Under the pieces are notes generated by a model. The model was given only the letters and a program-made list of their open reading frames with translations, searched no databases and was not told where the DNA came from. Position numbers and translations under genes: made by a program. Positions 34,276 through 47,565 of a stretch of 64,000 nucleotides of DNA are shown one piece after another (positions within the stretch are counted from its first letter, which is position 1; the number at the start of each line of letters is the position of its first letter). Source of the DNA: Nemertoderma westbladi. Its lineage: Eukaryota; Animalia; Xenacoelomorpha. Where the stretch lies: the NCBI GenBank assembly GCA_032718475.1, contig JAUCBJ010002048.1:4728-68727 (forward strand). Direction: 5' to 3'.

Positions 34276-34280
<5 letters not shown>
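27449..34280. mobile_element. Non-autonomous TIR element inserted in (TA)n and carrying a satellite array
   Basis: (TA)n on both sides. Imperfect terminal inverted repeats TCCAAC...TAGGGCCAC / GTGGCCCTA...GTTGGA. Subterminal CCATAGGGCCAC copies in both orientations at ~27464, 27682, 28069, 34193, 34206, 34230 and 34255. Confidence 0.6.
28270..34030. repeat. 16-bp minisatellite/satellite (ACTGAATAGAACRYTC)n, ~5.7 kb
   Basis: Roughly 360 tandem degenerate 16-mers without spacers. Confidence 0.97.
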
Positions 34281-34311
<31 letters not shown>

Positions 34312-34479
34312 TGACAATTATTATCAACGTTATACAGATATAACAAAATAGAGAGCACAGTAAAAGCAAAAACTTGAAAAGAAAGTTATATATTAATTGT
34401 CCAATTTGAAATTTATCTGGTTATTTTTTTTTAAATAATATACTACCAGTAAAACGGTTCAATTGAATTCCCAGTAATA

Positions 34480-36115
34480 ATAATCTTACTTTATATATTT
34501 ACCTAAATACCTCTTTCACCTCAAAAATAAATGTGCACAATTTAGCATTATTATCTCCCTGCAACATAAGGTCACTTATCGATCTGACAACCTCGTAACC
34601 GTACCGCACCCGTAAGTTCCGAGTAAGCGGGCATTCTATAATAACAACTCGATCATGCAAAGATCGTTTGGGGTGCTTACACGGACCTCTAAAAGTGCTT
34701 TAATAGCCTTCATGTATATACTCTCAATGGGTTTGAAATTCCTAGTAAACCAGGATTTGCATCCATAAAAAATTGAGGCGGACAGGCACGCCTCAAAAAC
34801 TTTAAATTTCAAATGGAAAGGCATTGCTCTATTAACCCTACTGAAAATTATAAATTTATTAATAGCATCGGTGCACTTCTTAGCATGGAGAGTTAAGGTG
34901 GTATTCATTTTTCCGTCCTCGTTGAAAATCGAGCCTAAATAAACATTTTCACTGCAATTATTAACTGTAGTATCTGCTACCCTTAATGGGTTTCTCTCAT
35001 TCTTACAACCGTTGACAACAAAAAATTTTGTTTTCTTTTCTTTAAGCACCATTCCGAACTCACGGCAATATTCTACTAAAATCGAAAATTTTTCTTCGCA
35101 TGCTACCCTAGAGGTCGAAAGTATTATGGAATCGTCCATAAGCAGCATAACCTGTAGTACTCCGAGGAATCCATCACTACTATACGCCGACCTTATTTAA
35201 GTACCAAAAAATTCAAATATAGGCAAAATAATGCGATGCTCGATGGTGCCCCCTGTCGCACCCCAACTGTAGAGATAATTATCGCGTTCTTCGGGACATT
35301 CTTAGTGCCGCTGTACTGTACATAGCCCTAATTGCGAATATAATCTTCTTTCCACATCCAGCCTTAGCAAGGCACTCTAAAAGTTTTTGTCGTGGAACCA
35401 AGTCGTAAGCTTTTCGGAAATCCACAACTAACACGAATAGCTTAAAATTATTTCTTACGGCAATATCAATGAGCAGTCTAAGGGTTACGATTTGTTCTAT
35501 GCAGCCTCTGTTTTCCTTCCCCCCAGCCTGACACCCGTCGATATTTGCCCACCACTTTAAACGTGAGTTCATTAAACAATCGTAAATCTTTCCGAGAGTC
35601 TGAAAGAATACTGATTCCACGGGAATTGTTTGTCATCATTCGAGCACCGGATTTATACAAGACGACCAGTTTACTTAAACACCAGTAGGTTAACTTAACC
35701 ATACCGCGTTATGGAATACCAGGTTGAAAACGGATAATAAAAATATGAGCCACCAATCCGGTAGCTTACAAATAAGCCAATACTGTAGCCGTAGTATGCC
35801 TTATTCATTTTTAAATCAGCAAGCGTCTCCGACAGTTCAGATTCCGTGAATTCGTCATCGAGTGCAGGAATATACGGCGCTGCCTCGATGTCTACTGTTG
35901 GGTCTAGGGAGTATCCTGTATCAGAGTTAAGCAGTGTCTCGAAATGTTCGCCAAACTGAATATCAGAAGGTTGACTTGAATCATTTCCAATTACATCCCA
36001 TCTCATTTCCCCTTTCCAGTTTATTGTACGCCAAATTTGTTTATGATCGTTTTCAGCTAGTAGCCTTTCCCATCGGGAATATTGGATAGTCGTATACGCC
36101 GCAACATTTGGCTTT
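34480..36115 (-). mobile_element. Degenerate 5'-truncated non-LTR retrotransposon (RT fragments)
   Basis: Frameshifted fragments RGISI, QAGGKENRGCIEQIVTLRLL, VDFRKAYDLVPR, GVRQGAPSS, LLMDDSIIL and YLGS. Confidence 0.85.
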
Positions 36116-37579
<1,464 letters not shown>

Positions 37580-38010
37580 ATCCGCCTACTGCATTGAAGC
37601 TGCACATTGAGATTCTATGCTGGCTTAACAAAATATTTTGTCACCATCATGCAATCCACACTTAGCAAGCCCAATGCAGCGTACACTGTGCGATGCCGGC
37701 TTATCAACAAAGTTGCACCGCCATATATCCGTATCCCCATGACTTTCGCAAGATTTGCTCGTCAAGGCCAGTGTCCTTTAAGATGCGTCTCAAGAAAGTC
37801 ATGGGCTGTCCACCATGCTTATTCACTCCAACAGGCCGCCAAAGCACAAGACTAAGAACAGGCTAGTCCTCACGGCGAAAACAATGTCCGGAGGCGGCTT
37901 TGTTCTAGTGTCGAGCTTGGAGAAACCAATGAGACACGTCCAATGTTATGTAGTGTCTGGTTGGAAATGTGTGCAATGTACTTGACACAGTGATAGTGCC
38001 GACTGATCAA
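37580..38010 (-). mobile_element. 3' end of an RTE-like LINE (related to 52922-55780)
   Basis: Shares CTGCATTG.AGCTGCA, ATGCCGGCTT.TC.ACAAA.TTGC.CCGCCA, CCCATGAC and TCAAGGCCAGTG.CCTTTAA with 52935-53095; both abut a TAC tail. Confidence 0.75.
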
Positions 38011-38076
38011 TCAATCTTAGTAGGCCATGTAGGCCGGGCCTACTAAGTTTACTAAGATACTAAGATTAAGTCTAAC

Positions 38077-38239
38077 CTTAAGTTGTGTTGATTTATAGGT
38101 CCAAGAAACGAAACGCATCTCGCAAACCTGTTCGTCAAAGGGAAAGTAAAAAACCTGAACTTTGCAGGAGGTTTGAGCCAACCGGTTGTATGCTACCCAT
38201 ACATCTCCATGGTGATTCACCCTCACTGGCCGCAAAAAC
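38077..38239 (-). CDS. nAChR-like subunit, exon 3 (Cys-loop)
   Basis: atgtag acceptor, gttaga donor. Encodes VRVNHHGDVWV...TSCKVQVFYFPFDEQVCEMRFVSWTY; phases match the neighbouring exons. Confidence 0.92.
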
Positions 38240-38331
38240 CTACATAAGAATAAGAATTAGAAGCCGAGAGTCAATTATTTTATATTATATATAATTAATT
38301 TTTCTAACTAGTCGTACACACTACACACATA

Positions 38332-38918
38332 CACCATGTCCTGGAATGTAGTGTCGTTATTCAGGTACATGCCCCCCCTCCCCAAATTTGTCTACAAATC
38401 TTAATGAGATAGCATGATATTTGAAACAGAGATAGTTTCAACTCCCTCCTCCTTCCTGGGTGAGCCAGAATTTTTATTTTTGCTTTCATTCTTTAGCTAC
38501 AAGCGTTTAAAAAAAGGTGTCTCTGACGATAGTAGTAGTAGGGTCTTGGTCCTCTCGGTGACAGTTGGACCCCACTGACTGGTGCCAGACTGTCTGGGTG
38601 ACACCCAATGACACCTATGGGTGTCATTGGGTGTCATTAGCGCCAGACTGTCTGGCACCAGTCAGTGGGGTCCAACTGTCACCGAGAGGACCAAGACCCT
38701 ACTACTACTATCGTCAGAGACACCTTTTTTTAAACGCTTGTAGCTAAAGAACGAACGCAAAAATAAAAATTCTGGCTCACCCAGCACGGAGGAGGGAGAT
38801 GAAACTATCTCTGTTTCAAATTTCATGCAATCTCATTAAGATTTGTAGAAAAAATGGGGGGGGGGGGGGGGGGGGACGGCATGTACTAGAATAACAACAC
38901 CATATTCCAGACATGGTG
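38332..38918. mobile_element. Foldback/MITE-like ~590-bp palindrome
   Basis: Arms CACCATGTC...TGAGCCAGAATTTT / AAAATTCTGGCTCA...GACATGGTG. The inner arms spanning 38489-38751 are essentially perfect. A single-arm copy lies at ~51490-51652. Confidence 0.85.
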
Positions 38919-39225
38919 GTCTTTACATCTTTATACAATATATATATATATATACTAGATTGGCCATAATTTCCAGCTCCTCAAGAATTTACTTCAATCC
39001 ATTGATGTTTACTTGTTGGCGGGATGATAAATTAACTGTTCTGGAACTTTTTAATTGACAACAATAAATTATAGCCGTTTGACCATGCTAAATGTGTAGT
39101 GGTTTCGGATTATTACGTAGGTCGTAATTCCGTTAAATTATAAGAGTGATTTAGTATGGAATCTTTGATATTTAATGTAAAGCACGAAGTGATAATATTA
39201 AGATATTCTGCACAGCCTTGCTTAC

Positions 39226-39389
39226 CTTGCACCGGGAGACAAATTCCAATCGTTAGCGAGCACCATGTCAGGCATCCACAGCTGCGAGGGAAGAAATCTC
39301 AACTGTGTTATACCTCCAAATTCCGACGAGTTCCACACCATTCTCTGGTCTTGCCATCTTTCGTGAATGCTAAGGGTCGATACCAGCGT
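39226..39389 (-). CDS. nAChR-like subunit, exon 2
   Basis: tttatcag acceptor, gtaag donor. Encodes TLVSTLSIHERWQDQRMVWNSSEFGGITQLRFLPSQLWMPDMVLAN (W-x-P-D loop A). Not in the ORF track; found by manual translation. Confidence 0.9.
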
Positions 39390-39622
39390 CTGATAAATTT
39401 AATATTTAATTAAAAGTAAATATAACTTTGAAATCAATATATTTGAATGGGAGACTATTTTAGGTTAGCTAAGTCAATGAATTCATGTTCACCACAACAC
39501 TATGTATGGGGTGATCTTCCACAGTAAACCCTTCCAATCCGTTTTCCAAGTTGCCTTGGTTCCAATTTATCGACCAGTCAAAGCCAGGGTTGGGCTAGGC
39601 TGCAGCATTTAAAGCGCTGTGC

Positions 39623-41126
39623 CAGGGCCTTCATAAAATAACAGGCCTGGACACAGAGCTGCCCTCAAAAAATAAGAGGCCAAGTAGGAAGTTTTCAAGA
39701 ATAAAATCATAAAGGATTTACACAAATTGCCAATGGAGTTATGTTCTAGAACAAAAATAATTTAATATTTCATTAAATACTTGTTGTGGGTTGTGAAATT
39801 TTGAAATTATGGTTAGACACTGCAGTGTCAATAACTGTGAAAGTGGGAGTCAGCGGAGTGCATTGAGAACTGTTTTTGCTCCACCAAAAAACGTCGAAAA
39901 GAGAAAGTTGTGGCAAGAGGAACTACGCGAAAATGGTGTAGTGACATTAACTGATAGTATGGGAGTTTGTGAGAACCATTTCATTCCAAGTCATGTGATT
40001 GGAACAGGGCAAAGAAAGCGCCTTCATAGAGATGCAACACCGTTTTCGTGCCAGGGTAATGTGGGAGCAAGCTCAAATTCATTTGCATCAACTGCAGAGA
40101 AGAGAAGACTTGTAAATGAGGGTGAAAGACTAGATGCGGAGATCAGAGAGTTTTTGTCAAGTGACATAATAGTGTCCACATCTCAATTCGATGAGGGCGA
40201 ACTATCTGAACCAAACAAGCTATTCTATAACTTAATCCAAAATAATGAAAATGTCGTTCATCTTTTCGGAGAGCATTCGGAGAGTTCTTTTACCTGGACG
40301 TTTTCAGAACGATGCAATAGAACACCTTTTTGCTCTATTTTGGAGGATGAGTGGGTGCTCCTATCTCATCAGTGTGTACGAGATCATTTGTTCTGAACGA
40401 AAACTAAAGCTGAAGTCACTCATAAAGTTGTTCCAATCGAATCAGTGCAATTTCAATCTAACTCTTTCCTCATTTCTGGATCAATTTAAAGGTGATGGTA
40501 GTGAGAGCAGTCTAACTAGTGAAGATTATGATATTATAAATACAATACTGGGTAACCCACAAGTTGACTGTCTACTAGAGGAAGAATCCGAAAATGATGC
40601 AATGGTGGTAATATACTTGGCTGGAGTGTTAGCTTTCAGAATCAAACATGAGATTAAATGTGATGATTGCAAAGCTGAAGTAACTGACAATGACTTAACA
40701 ATTTACCTCGATAAGTCATTTCAATATTCTACGATGATTGACAGAGGAAAACTCACTGTTCCTTGTAAGTGGCTTGTATTATATGTTTCACGATGTCTCG
40801 TAAGCCTAAAGCTGTTGATGACTGAAGCAAGTACACGAAATAAATTCCTGTCCAGTAAAGCACCACGGAAATTATTAGTTGCATTATTTGGACAGCTGCT
40901 CCAATGGCCACAAAGTTGTTTGTTTACCCATTGCTAAGGAGAAAGTCACTGTTGCTATGGTAACTGTGACTTAAAAATGTGTCCATTAAATTCCCCATAC
41001 ACGATATAGTACTGGTATGTGTTGGTCCCATGATCATAGAGTGAAATGAAGTAACACTTCCTACTTGGCCTCTTATTTTTTTGAGGGCAGCTCTGTGTCC
41101 AGGCCTGTTATTTTATGAAGGCCCTG
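39623..41126 (+). mobile_element. Internally deleted P-element/Galileo-superfamily transposon (THAP domain)
   Basis: ~70-bp TIRs CAGGGCCTTCATAAAATAAC.../...GTTATTTTATGAAGGCCCTG. 7-bp TSD GCTGTGC (39616-39622, 41127-41133). THAP motif C..NNC...FAPP...W...VCENHF...LHRDATP and C-terminal RFQNDAIEHLF..MSG. Confidence 0.88.
39809..40937 (+). pseudogene. THAP/P transposase remnant
   Basis: The THAP ORF (39809) is joined out of frame to the transposase C-terminal part; most of the catalytic core is missing. Confidence 0.8.
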
Positions 41127-41279
41127 GCTGTGCCCAAATAGTACGGCCCCATCTAGGGATCGAACCAGGGATTCCTGATTGGAAGCCCATGAATGTCACC
41201 ACTAGACCACGCTGCTGCTTAAAATAAAATGTAGTAACAGAATGAGAAGCCAATCAGACTACTCTATTTTAATGAATGT

Positions 41280-42380
41280 TTAAATGCAATATTTAGTTAA
41301 ATGATATATTCCTATTTTAATGTAGGCCCTAATATGTTTAATTAAATACAATTCTTATTTAAATACAATTCTTATTTAAATAATTTTCAATTAAAAACCA
41401 TATTCTTATGTGAAAGTAATATGTTCGTTTAAATGCAATATTTATGTTTAAATGCAATATTAATGTTTAAATGCAATATATTTATGGTTAAATACCAATA
41501 CTTAAAAAAGGCGTCACACTGCTGCCTTTAATATTCTAAATAATTCAGTAATAATTGGTAATTTATCCAAGTAAAGGCGGCAGTGTGCCGCCTTTATATA
41601 ATAACACTTTAACCACAGGGCGGTAGAGTGCGGGCTTTACATATACAGTATTATACTGACCCCCAGGGCGACAGGGTGCGGCTTTTATTTAAAACCTCTT
41701 ACAACTTTCTTACAACTATTAGGACGGAAAAATGGAGTTCATATTCGTGTTGGTCAGGAAAATCTTGTCTAAAAATGTTAATTTAATACCGGTATTGTTC
41801 ATTTCAAGGGATTTTCCCTATTGAAATGTGGGTAATTTAAATTACATAATTTATGAAATCTAGTTTAAATTTAGCCAATAATCACGTTACAAATACAAAT
41901 GTGTCGCCCATGGGGTTCAAAGTAGAAAGAATTAAAATTTTTAAAATGGTTAAAGGCGGCAGAGTGCCGCATTTATGTTTAAATGCAATATTGATGTTAT
42001 TAAATGCAATATTTATGTTATTAAATGCAATATTTATGTTTAAATGCAATATTCATATTTAAATGCAATATTTATGTTTAAATGCAATATTTATGTTTAA
42101 ATGCAATATTTATGTTTAAATGCAATATTTATGTTTAAATGCAATATTTATGTTTAAATACAATATTTATGTTTAAATGCAATATTTATGTTTAAATGAA
42201 ATATTTATGTTTAAATGCAATATTTTTTAAAATGCAAATTCTCATTTAAATGCTGTTTGTTTAAATGCAATATTCTTGTTTAAATGTAGTAACCTTGTTT
42301 AAATAGAAAATTATAGTTTAAAAGCAATATTATTATTTAAATTGAATATGATTGTTTAAATGCATTATTATTATTTAAAT
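41280..42380. repeat. AT-rich ~19-bp tandem repeat (TTTAAATGCAATATTTATG), containing a small TIR element at ~41505-41975
   Basis: Units at 41430-41490 and 41975-42380, continuing at 46514-46690. AAAGGCGGCAG.GTGCCGC motifs occur in inverted orientation at ~41507 and ~41952. Confidence 0.8.
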
Positions 42381-45300
42381 CAGACCACAAATAATACGGG
42401 GTTGTAATTTTAAAGGGTCAATTAATAAATACAATATTATATATGTTTAAATTAGTTAGTTAGTAAATACACAACGTTACATGAACATTTTCGAGGGTTT
42501 TCTTTCTTTTTGTAAATAATGTTATCCCTTGCTTTCTGAAAGTCTTTATGGGAAACCTTCATTCGTCTCTCCCGCAATGCCAGCATCCCAGCTTCGGAAC
42601 ATATCGCTTTGATATCAGTACTTTTCATATTGTTCTTTAATTCTATGGAAGAAGATGGCACCATTTATAGAGACTCTACCCCCCCAGGATGTCGTATAGT
42701 CCTTCGGATGCCGAGTCGATGGATCCCAGTATTGATGCAGTGTTCCCATTAGGATCGCGATGAGGATCCACAGCAGTAAAAAACGGTGGGATTGGGGTTC
42801 CTGTGTCTGGGAGGCGATCCTCTTTCCCAGTTCCTGGAGAAACTCAGCCGTTTTTGAGACGGGGCGGCCAAACGTCTCGAAGGCGACCGGGGTAAACTGG
42901 TAGCCCCGGTCGATGAGCTCCCGGTATTTGCCGATCTTATGGGCCTCCTGCTGCTCGGCTACCCGGCCGCCTTTGGTTTGGCTCGTGTGGAGGTGGCTGG
43001 GAACGAGCGGATCGATCACGGTGGCGTCCCAGGCCAGGATCCGGCCTTGGCTCCAGGGAACCAAGGTTACTCCGTCCACCCGCTTCCCGTCATTCCGGCA
43101 AAGACCCGGCGGCTCCAACACTGACGGAACTCCACAGCTGGTTAATGATCGCCGCACAATGTCGTTCAGCATGCTGTGGTGGGCGTGGCAACCAGCGCTC
43201 TTCTGGCAGGAGAGTCCGTGGAGGCCATCGGAGTTCACCAGTTTACCGCAGCGTACCGCTGTGTAGCTCCGTTACCTTGCATCCCAAGCGGGTAGCCACA
43301 GAAATGCGTAGCTGGGCGTCGGTGAGTTTAAGACCCAATGATGATATTGCGATCGCATCAATCCAGCAGCCAGGGATCAGATCCTCCAGGGCATTCAACC
43401 GGGCGAGGTCAGTTTGGGATGCGGATTCCCAGAGAGAAGCGAGGTTCCTCTGGAGGATTGGAATCGTCCAGGAACTCTGCTTTCCGTTGGTTGGTGGGGC
43501 AGTATCTGGTACGATGGAGGAGTCCCAGAGACTCAGGGCCTTGAGCGAGATCGGATCGCTACAGTGAGGGAGGTATCCTGGAGTGGTGGGGGTGGTGTCT
43601 GTAATGGGGGAGGGAGGAATCTCTGGGTTGTAGAGGAGGGTGGATAGAGGCCTGCGAGCAGCCGCTGAAGCCAGATAGGCAGATGGTGCGAGCTGTTTAG
43701 CAGAGCTCAATCCCAGACCTCCCACTCGGGCCGGGAGACAGGCCTGGATCCAGGCTGAGTTGGTAATCTCGGTGTTGGTGAGTTCCTGGAGCGCAGAGCG
43801 CCTGGTCGTATTGCTCCAAGAATAGTGGGAAGTCGTAGTGGGGCAGAGCGGAGAAAGTAAATAAGGCGGGGGATGGCGAAGGAGTTCTTTAGGAGAAAGA
43901 AGGCATGGTGACTGTCTAAAAGAGACAGGCGGCCGCTCAGGGTTTGCAGGTTGGCCACCTTGGACTCCTGACAGCATTTCAAGGCTGAATTACCTATTAT
44001 CGGGGCACCCAGCATGGTGAGGTTTGTTAGGTTCGGGACTAAAATGCCCTCACATATGGCATTGAATTCGCCGTGGATGTGGGCGTGCTCTTCTGTGGAT
44101 GGATCCCCAAGGAAAAACAGCTCGCACTTCCTTGTGTTTAACGTGAGCCCGCACTTCTTCCCCTCCACTATGATTGTCCGAAGGTCACGGAGGACAACCT
44201 CGTAACTGTCCGCCACATTACCATCGTCGAGGTACCAGATATTGAATTTTGATTCCATGGAGTGGTTTAACTTGTTTGTGGTATCCCCAAAAATGGCAGG
44301 GCCTACAGGATCTCCCTGTTGGGTGCCTTCTTCGGAGCGAAGCAGTGTCTCTCCATGTATGAGGAAACTGTAATCGCCATAAGCTGCCCTGGTATAGTTA
44401 TAGATACTTGGGTAATTGTTGTGGATCGTCTCGAGGAGGGAGTCCCTGCGGAGGGTGTTAAAAGCATTACTGAAATCAACTTTTAGCAACACTGAAATAC
44501 TGCCGTGGTCTGTTGAGACAAAAGTCCTGGTGGCATGAGCCGCTGCTTCACCGCCGTTCTTGGTCCCTATTCCAAGCTGGATGGTTCCATACGATGCTGA
44601 TCGTTGCTCTTTGACTAATGAACCTATATATTTGGAGCAGAGACGTCGCAGGGTCATTCCCACAGCGATTGGTCGTATTCCCCCAGCACTCTTTGTAAAT
44701 GTGAACAGGTTGGCTCCGAAGAATATCGGACAAATTTCTCCTGGTATTTTTCCGGCGACCACCGTATCTACGAACTTACTAAGAGAAGTGAGTAGCCGTG
44801 TCGATGATTCTCCATTGTTTGGTGCGATTAGGTCCTTCAGAATTTGGGGTCTTATTCCATCTGGCCCTCCCGCACTGCCACTTGGGAATGAGCCAATTAG
44901 CTTGCGGAGTACTTGTGGTGAACAGGGTGTTGTAGTCTCCTCTACTGGAGGTGGGGGATCTCGTCTATCTGAGGGACTTGATGGATGCTTTTAGGGGCCG
45001 CAATGCAGCGGTGGCCTACCACAAGAAGCTTCATCCAGTTTTCAACCGACGATGGGTCTGAGGCAATGGATGTAAGTGTCTCAGATAGTAGATCTGCAAA
45101 GTTGGCTCTGGATGCCTTGGGGGCACGTGTTTGAGTTGCTTTGAACGCTTTCTAAGCAACACTTGTATGATTGATTCTGCATCCAGATTGATAGAAGTGG
45201 TTACAATGGGCTGTGGTTCGGCCGTTCTCCCTTGTTTGTGACGGGTTTTGTGGATCTTCGATGTATTGTTCTTCCAGATTGGCTGATCCTTTATTTGGTC

Positions 45301-46513
45301 CGTGTTTACCAGAACCCAAGCATCTGCTGGCTGTTGGCCCATGAACCCGAATCGTGCTGTTGATATTCAATCTGACACTTTTTCCACATATTGGACAGTG
45401 ACATTAGTTGTTTTGAATTTCCTCGTCTTGTGAAAACGCAGAATTTGTGGTTTCGAGCTGCTGATGGGGTTGTGGGATGGCGGATGTTCTGGTTACTCGA
45501 CTCCAACTCTTCTAGTAGAGACTCACGATAGAGTTGGATTGTGTGGTCGTTTATGTCTCGTGGAGATCCACGTTCGATACACATCTTTGCAAATCGGCAT
45601 AAATAAACACCACATTGGTACGAGTTGAATTGCCGTCAGTGCAATGGTGGATCGATTGTAATATTCAGAGGTGGGATTTGGAGTCGTTCTGCCTCTAACA
45701 TTGCCCACTAATTTACTATGCTAACAGCAGTTGGGTTGGTCTCTCCAAGAGAGTCCAAGTGTGAGATAATGCCCTGTTTTGGGTAGAATGCAACGAGGGC
45801 CCAGTGTGAGTTGTATGTGTTGACTGGGAAAAGGATCAGATTGAAGCTGAAGATATTATCGTTCCTCGTCCATCGTCTTACGGCATAATATCCCCCATTG
45901 TTTGACAAGTAACAGTCGATAAAATGATTCAGCACTTTAACATCTTCCCGCGATTTTGTAAGGGAACTCAGCACTGCCTCAATGATGTTTCCATTTAGCC
46001 ACCCTTTATCCCGGAGTGTACCGATGTCGGACTCTGTTATGGGAATCCCGGCGAAGTTGTAGGTCGCCTCACTTGTAGATTCAGTATTATTTACATTGCT
46101 CCCCGTGATATCAATTATGCTTGAGTTTTGTTCCATTAGTTAAACTTAAAATAGAGTCAAATCAAATTAATAAATGAATGTTGAGATTTATACTATATTA
46201 TACAATATATTTTTTAATTAAAATCCATAATATAATTTTCAAAACAAAACAAAACAAAATTTACAAATAGGAAACCCACCACCACACAAAATTAATATGT
46301 AAAATATATCACCTCTATGTTGAGATTTATTAGCAGTAGTGGTATATACTACAGTCCCGCTCCTTATTATTTTATTCAACTTAACTAAATCCAGTGAATT
46401 TACAAGAAAGTAAAGGCTAGTAGCTATGCTAAATTTAACTTTAACAAAAAAAACAATAAAATTTAGTCACACTACTCTCTTACTCGAAATTCTAGAAATT
46501 AATTGTTTTGAAA
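42381..46513 (-). mobile_element. Degenerate CRE/NeSL-type (RLE) non-LTR retrotransposon with N-terminal Ulp1-like protease
   Basis: Ulp1/C48 motifs WLNGNIIE, NSHWAL, HLDSL and QFNSYQCGVY. RT motifs IRPIAVGMTLRR, QLGIG..NGGEA, VDFSNAFN, QQGDPVGP and WYLDDG. CG..V...GLHGLSC knuckle and DGKRVDG..WDATV restriction-like endonuclease. Possible 11-bp TSD ATTATTTAAAT (42370-42380, 46514-46524). Confidence 0.88.
42477..42619 (-). pseudogene. PSMC1: Fragment of 26S proteasome ATPase Rpt2/PSMC1 C-terminus inside the retroelement 3' end
   Basis: [40 protein letters not shown] matches the well-known Rpt2 C-terminus ([38 protein letters not shown]). Confidence 0.8.
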
Positions 46514-46690
46514 ATTATTTAAATTGAATATGATTGTTTAAATGCAATATTATTATTTAAATGGAATATGATTGTTTAAATGCAATATTAATATTTAATT
46601 GGAATATGATTGTTTAAATGCAATATTATTATTTAAATGGAATATGATTGTTTAAATGCAATATTATTATTTAGATATTCTTATTTAGAT
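46514..46690. repeat. Continuation of the AT-rich TTTAAATG tandem repeat
   Basis: ATTATTTAAATGGAATATGATTGTTTAAATGCAAT units. Confidence 0.75.
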
Positions 46691-47565
46691 GCGAGAAGAA
46701 AAAATGTTAGGGTGTATTTACTGCAAATAACGCACAAATGGGCGACATTCGGGCATTTTTATACTCGTTTCATATAATATGAAATTAAACATTTATACAA
46801 AGTAATTTGGTTTCAAGAAATATCTAGCGAAACATTTTAGTGACAGTAAAATTATTCAGGTGAAAACTCATATCATTTAATAATGTATTGAGTTTTAATG
46901 TTATGAGTTTTAATTTTATATGTTCAACATAAAATTTAGTTAAAATATTTTTGTTTGTTATTAGAATACCGTTAGGACTTTTTACTATAAAAGTATTCAC
47001 ATGTATGTATATCGGGTTAACTCCTCCGAAACTATAGCTCGTCCGTCAATGAAAGCTATATCAATCAACGCAGCTCAACCCCAGGATGTGGAAAAATAAG
47101 TTTCGAAAAAAATTATTAAAGTGTCTTGTTTTTATTTCGAAATATAGCCCCATAACACGAAAATTGCAATAGACTGAATGATAGAAACACCAGCTGCTGG
47201 TACTCATGAGGGCCTATTAAGCTACAACTATTGATTGAATGGATAGGCCCAAACTGCAGAGAAGTAGGCTATATTATTTGCCAAAGTATATTACTTTCTC
47301 ACTCTATTCCAGACAAGTAAGTAATGTATTACACCGCCAGCTGAATGCTAATCCCAGTGAATCCTATGGGAATATCTATAAGGTTACTCACTGCTATGTT
47401 AAGTTTGTCTATGGACGGTCTTTTTATAGCCAGTTTGCTGGCTTTTCTACAGTAGTTAATAAATATATCCTTCATTTCCGTCTTATTCTACATACTATCT
47501 GCTACATATTAGTCGCTAAAAGTCACGGTAAAGCGATTCTTGCGGACTTGAGTTACACCACATAC

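Larger units (their letters stand above)
39410..41218 (-). mobile_element. tRNA(Gly)-derived SINE split by a P-like element
   Basis: Minus-strand head 41218-41134 has A box TGGTCTAGTGG, a TCC anticodon loop and B box GGTTCGATCCC. The body continues across the TSD at 39622-39410 (GGTCGATAAATTGGAACCAAGG) to an AT-rich tail. Confidence 0.65.

Noticed and set aside
41134-41218. Functional tRNA-Gly gene (similar fragments at ~26600-26680 and ~52850-52915)
   Set aside because: The acceptor stem is degenerate, there is no poly-T terminator, and it runs into a SINE-like body; treated as SINE heads.
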